A DNA stretch of 64,000 nucleotides from a virus. Location of the stretch: positions 1 through 64,000 of IMG/VR virus record IMGVR_UViG_3300022602_002157, one strand, 5' to 3'. The notes under the pieces are model-generated. The model ran no database searches. It was not told the origin of the DNA and saw only the letters and a program-made list of their open reading frames with translations. Each line of letters opens with the position of its first letter. Positions within the stretch are counted from its first letter, which is position 1. A program made the translations under genes and the position numbers. Shown piece after piece: positions 63,691-64,000 of the stretch.

Positions 63691-64000
63691 ATGCGTAAAA
63701 TAGTTTTGATTACTGGGGGATTCGATCCAATTCACAGTGGGCATTTAAATTACATTAAGTCTGCTAGTGAATTGGGCGATACCCTTGTCGTAGGAGTCAA
63801 TAGCGATGAATGGTTGACCCGTAAAAAAGGTCGACCATTTATGCCATTAGATGAACGAATGGCAATTGTTGAATCATTAAGACATGTAGATGCGGCAATA
63901 CGTTTTAATGATAGTGATGGCAGCAGTAAAAATGCTATAAAAATTGTACGTGAAATGTGGCCCAAAGCAAAAATTGTTTTTGCCAATGGAGGAGATCGTA
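63691..64000 (+). CDS. Cytidylyltransferase-like (RfaE domain II/TagD-type) nucleotidyltransferase, 3'-truncated
   Basis: Read from sequence: MRKIVLITGGFDPIHSGHLNYI...VGVNSDEWLTRKKGRPFMPLDER...FANGGDR. Confidence 0.88.
   Translation, partial: MRKIVLITGGFDPIHSGHLNYIKSASELGDTLVVGVNSDEWLTRKKGRPFMPLDERMAIVESLRHVDAAIRFNDSDGSSKNAIKIVREMWPKAKIVFANGGDR

Noticed and set aside
63750-63986. 78-aa - strand ORF at the window end
   Set aside because: Antisense to a clear + strand cytidylyltransferase starting at 63691 that runs off the window
1-64000. Stop-codon reassignment or tRNA genes
   Set aside because: Genes are full length and densely packed under the standard code; no cloverleaf with T-loop GTTCRA seen in the short intergenic gaps (tRNAscan not run)

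Overview
64 kb of a large, AT-rich, T4-like (myovirus) lytic bacteriophage genome, read with the standard genetic code and almost entirely on the + strand. A phage-encoded lipoprotein and outer-membrane beta-barrel suggest a Gram-negative host. The window holds: the 3' part of a dNMP kinase; a tail/baseplate module (sheath, tube, tube-like protein, repeat-rich fibre, GH19 muramidase, Ig-like protein); replication and chaperone genes (DnaE fragment, GroES, clamp loader, PhoH, DnaJ, ClpA, family B DNA polymerase, probable clamp); probable internal head proteins and polyproteins; an exported-protein cluster; a nine-gene enzyme island; and 7-deazaguanine-type genes (TGT/DpdA-like, QueD-like). The most striking unexplained structure is in ORF 36592-39750. 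Six in-frame copies of a DNA-conserved motif (consensus CAAGGTGTGGCGGAAGG, peptide QGVAE[G]) separate unrelated 73-134 aa domains (GNAT, ASCH, ParB-like, Zn-binding). This looks like a cassette array building a protease-cleavable virion polyprotein. Other leads are a candidate pseudoknotted ncRNA, many apparently leaderless transcripts, an Asn-repeat/beta-barrel export cluster, and a possible clamp-binding motif on the DpdA-like enzyme. All calls come from motif recognition by eye; no searches were run.
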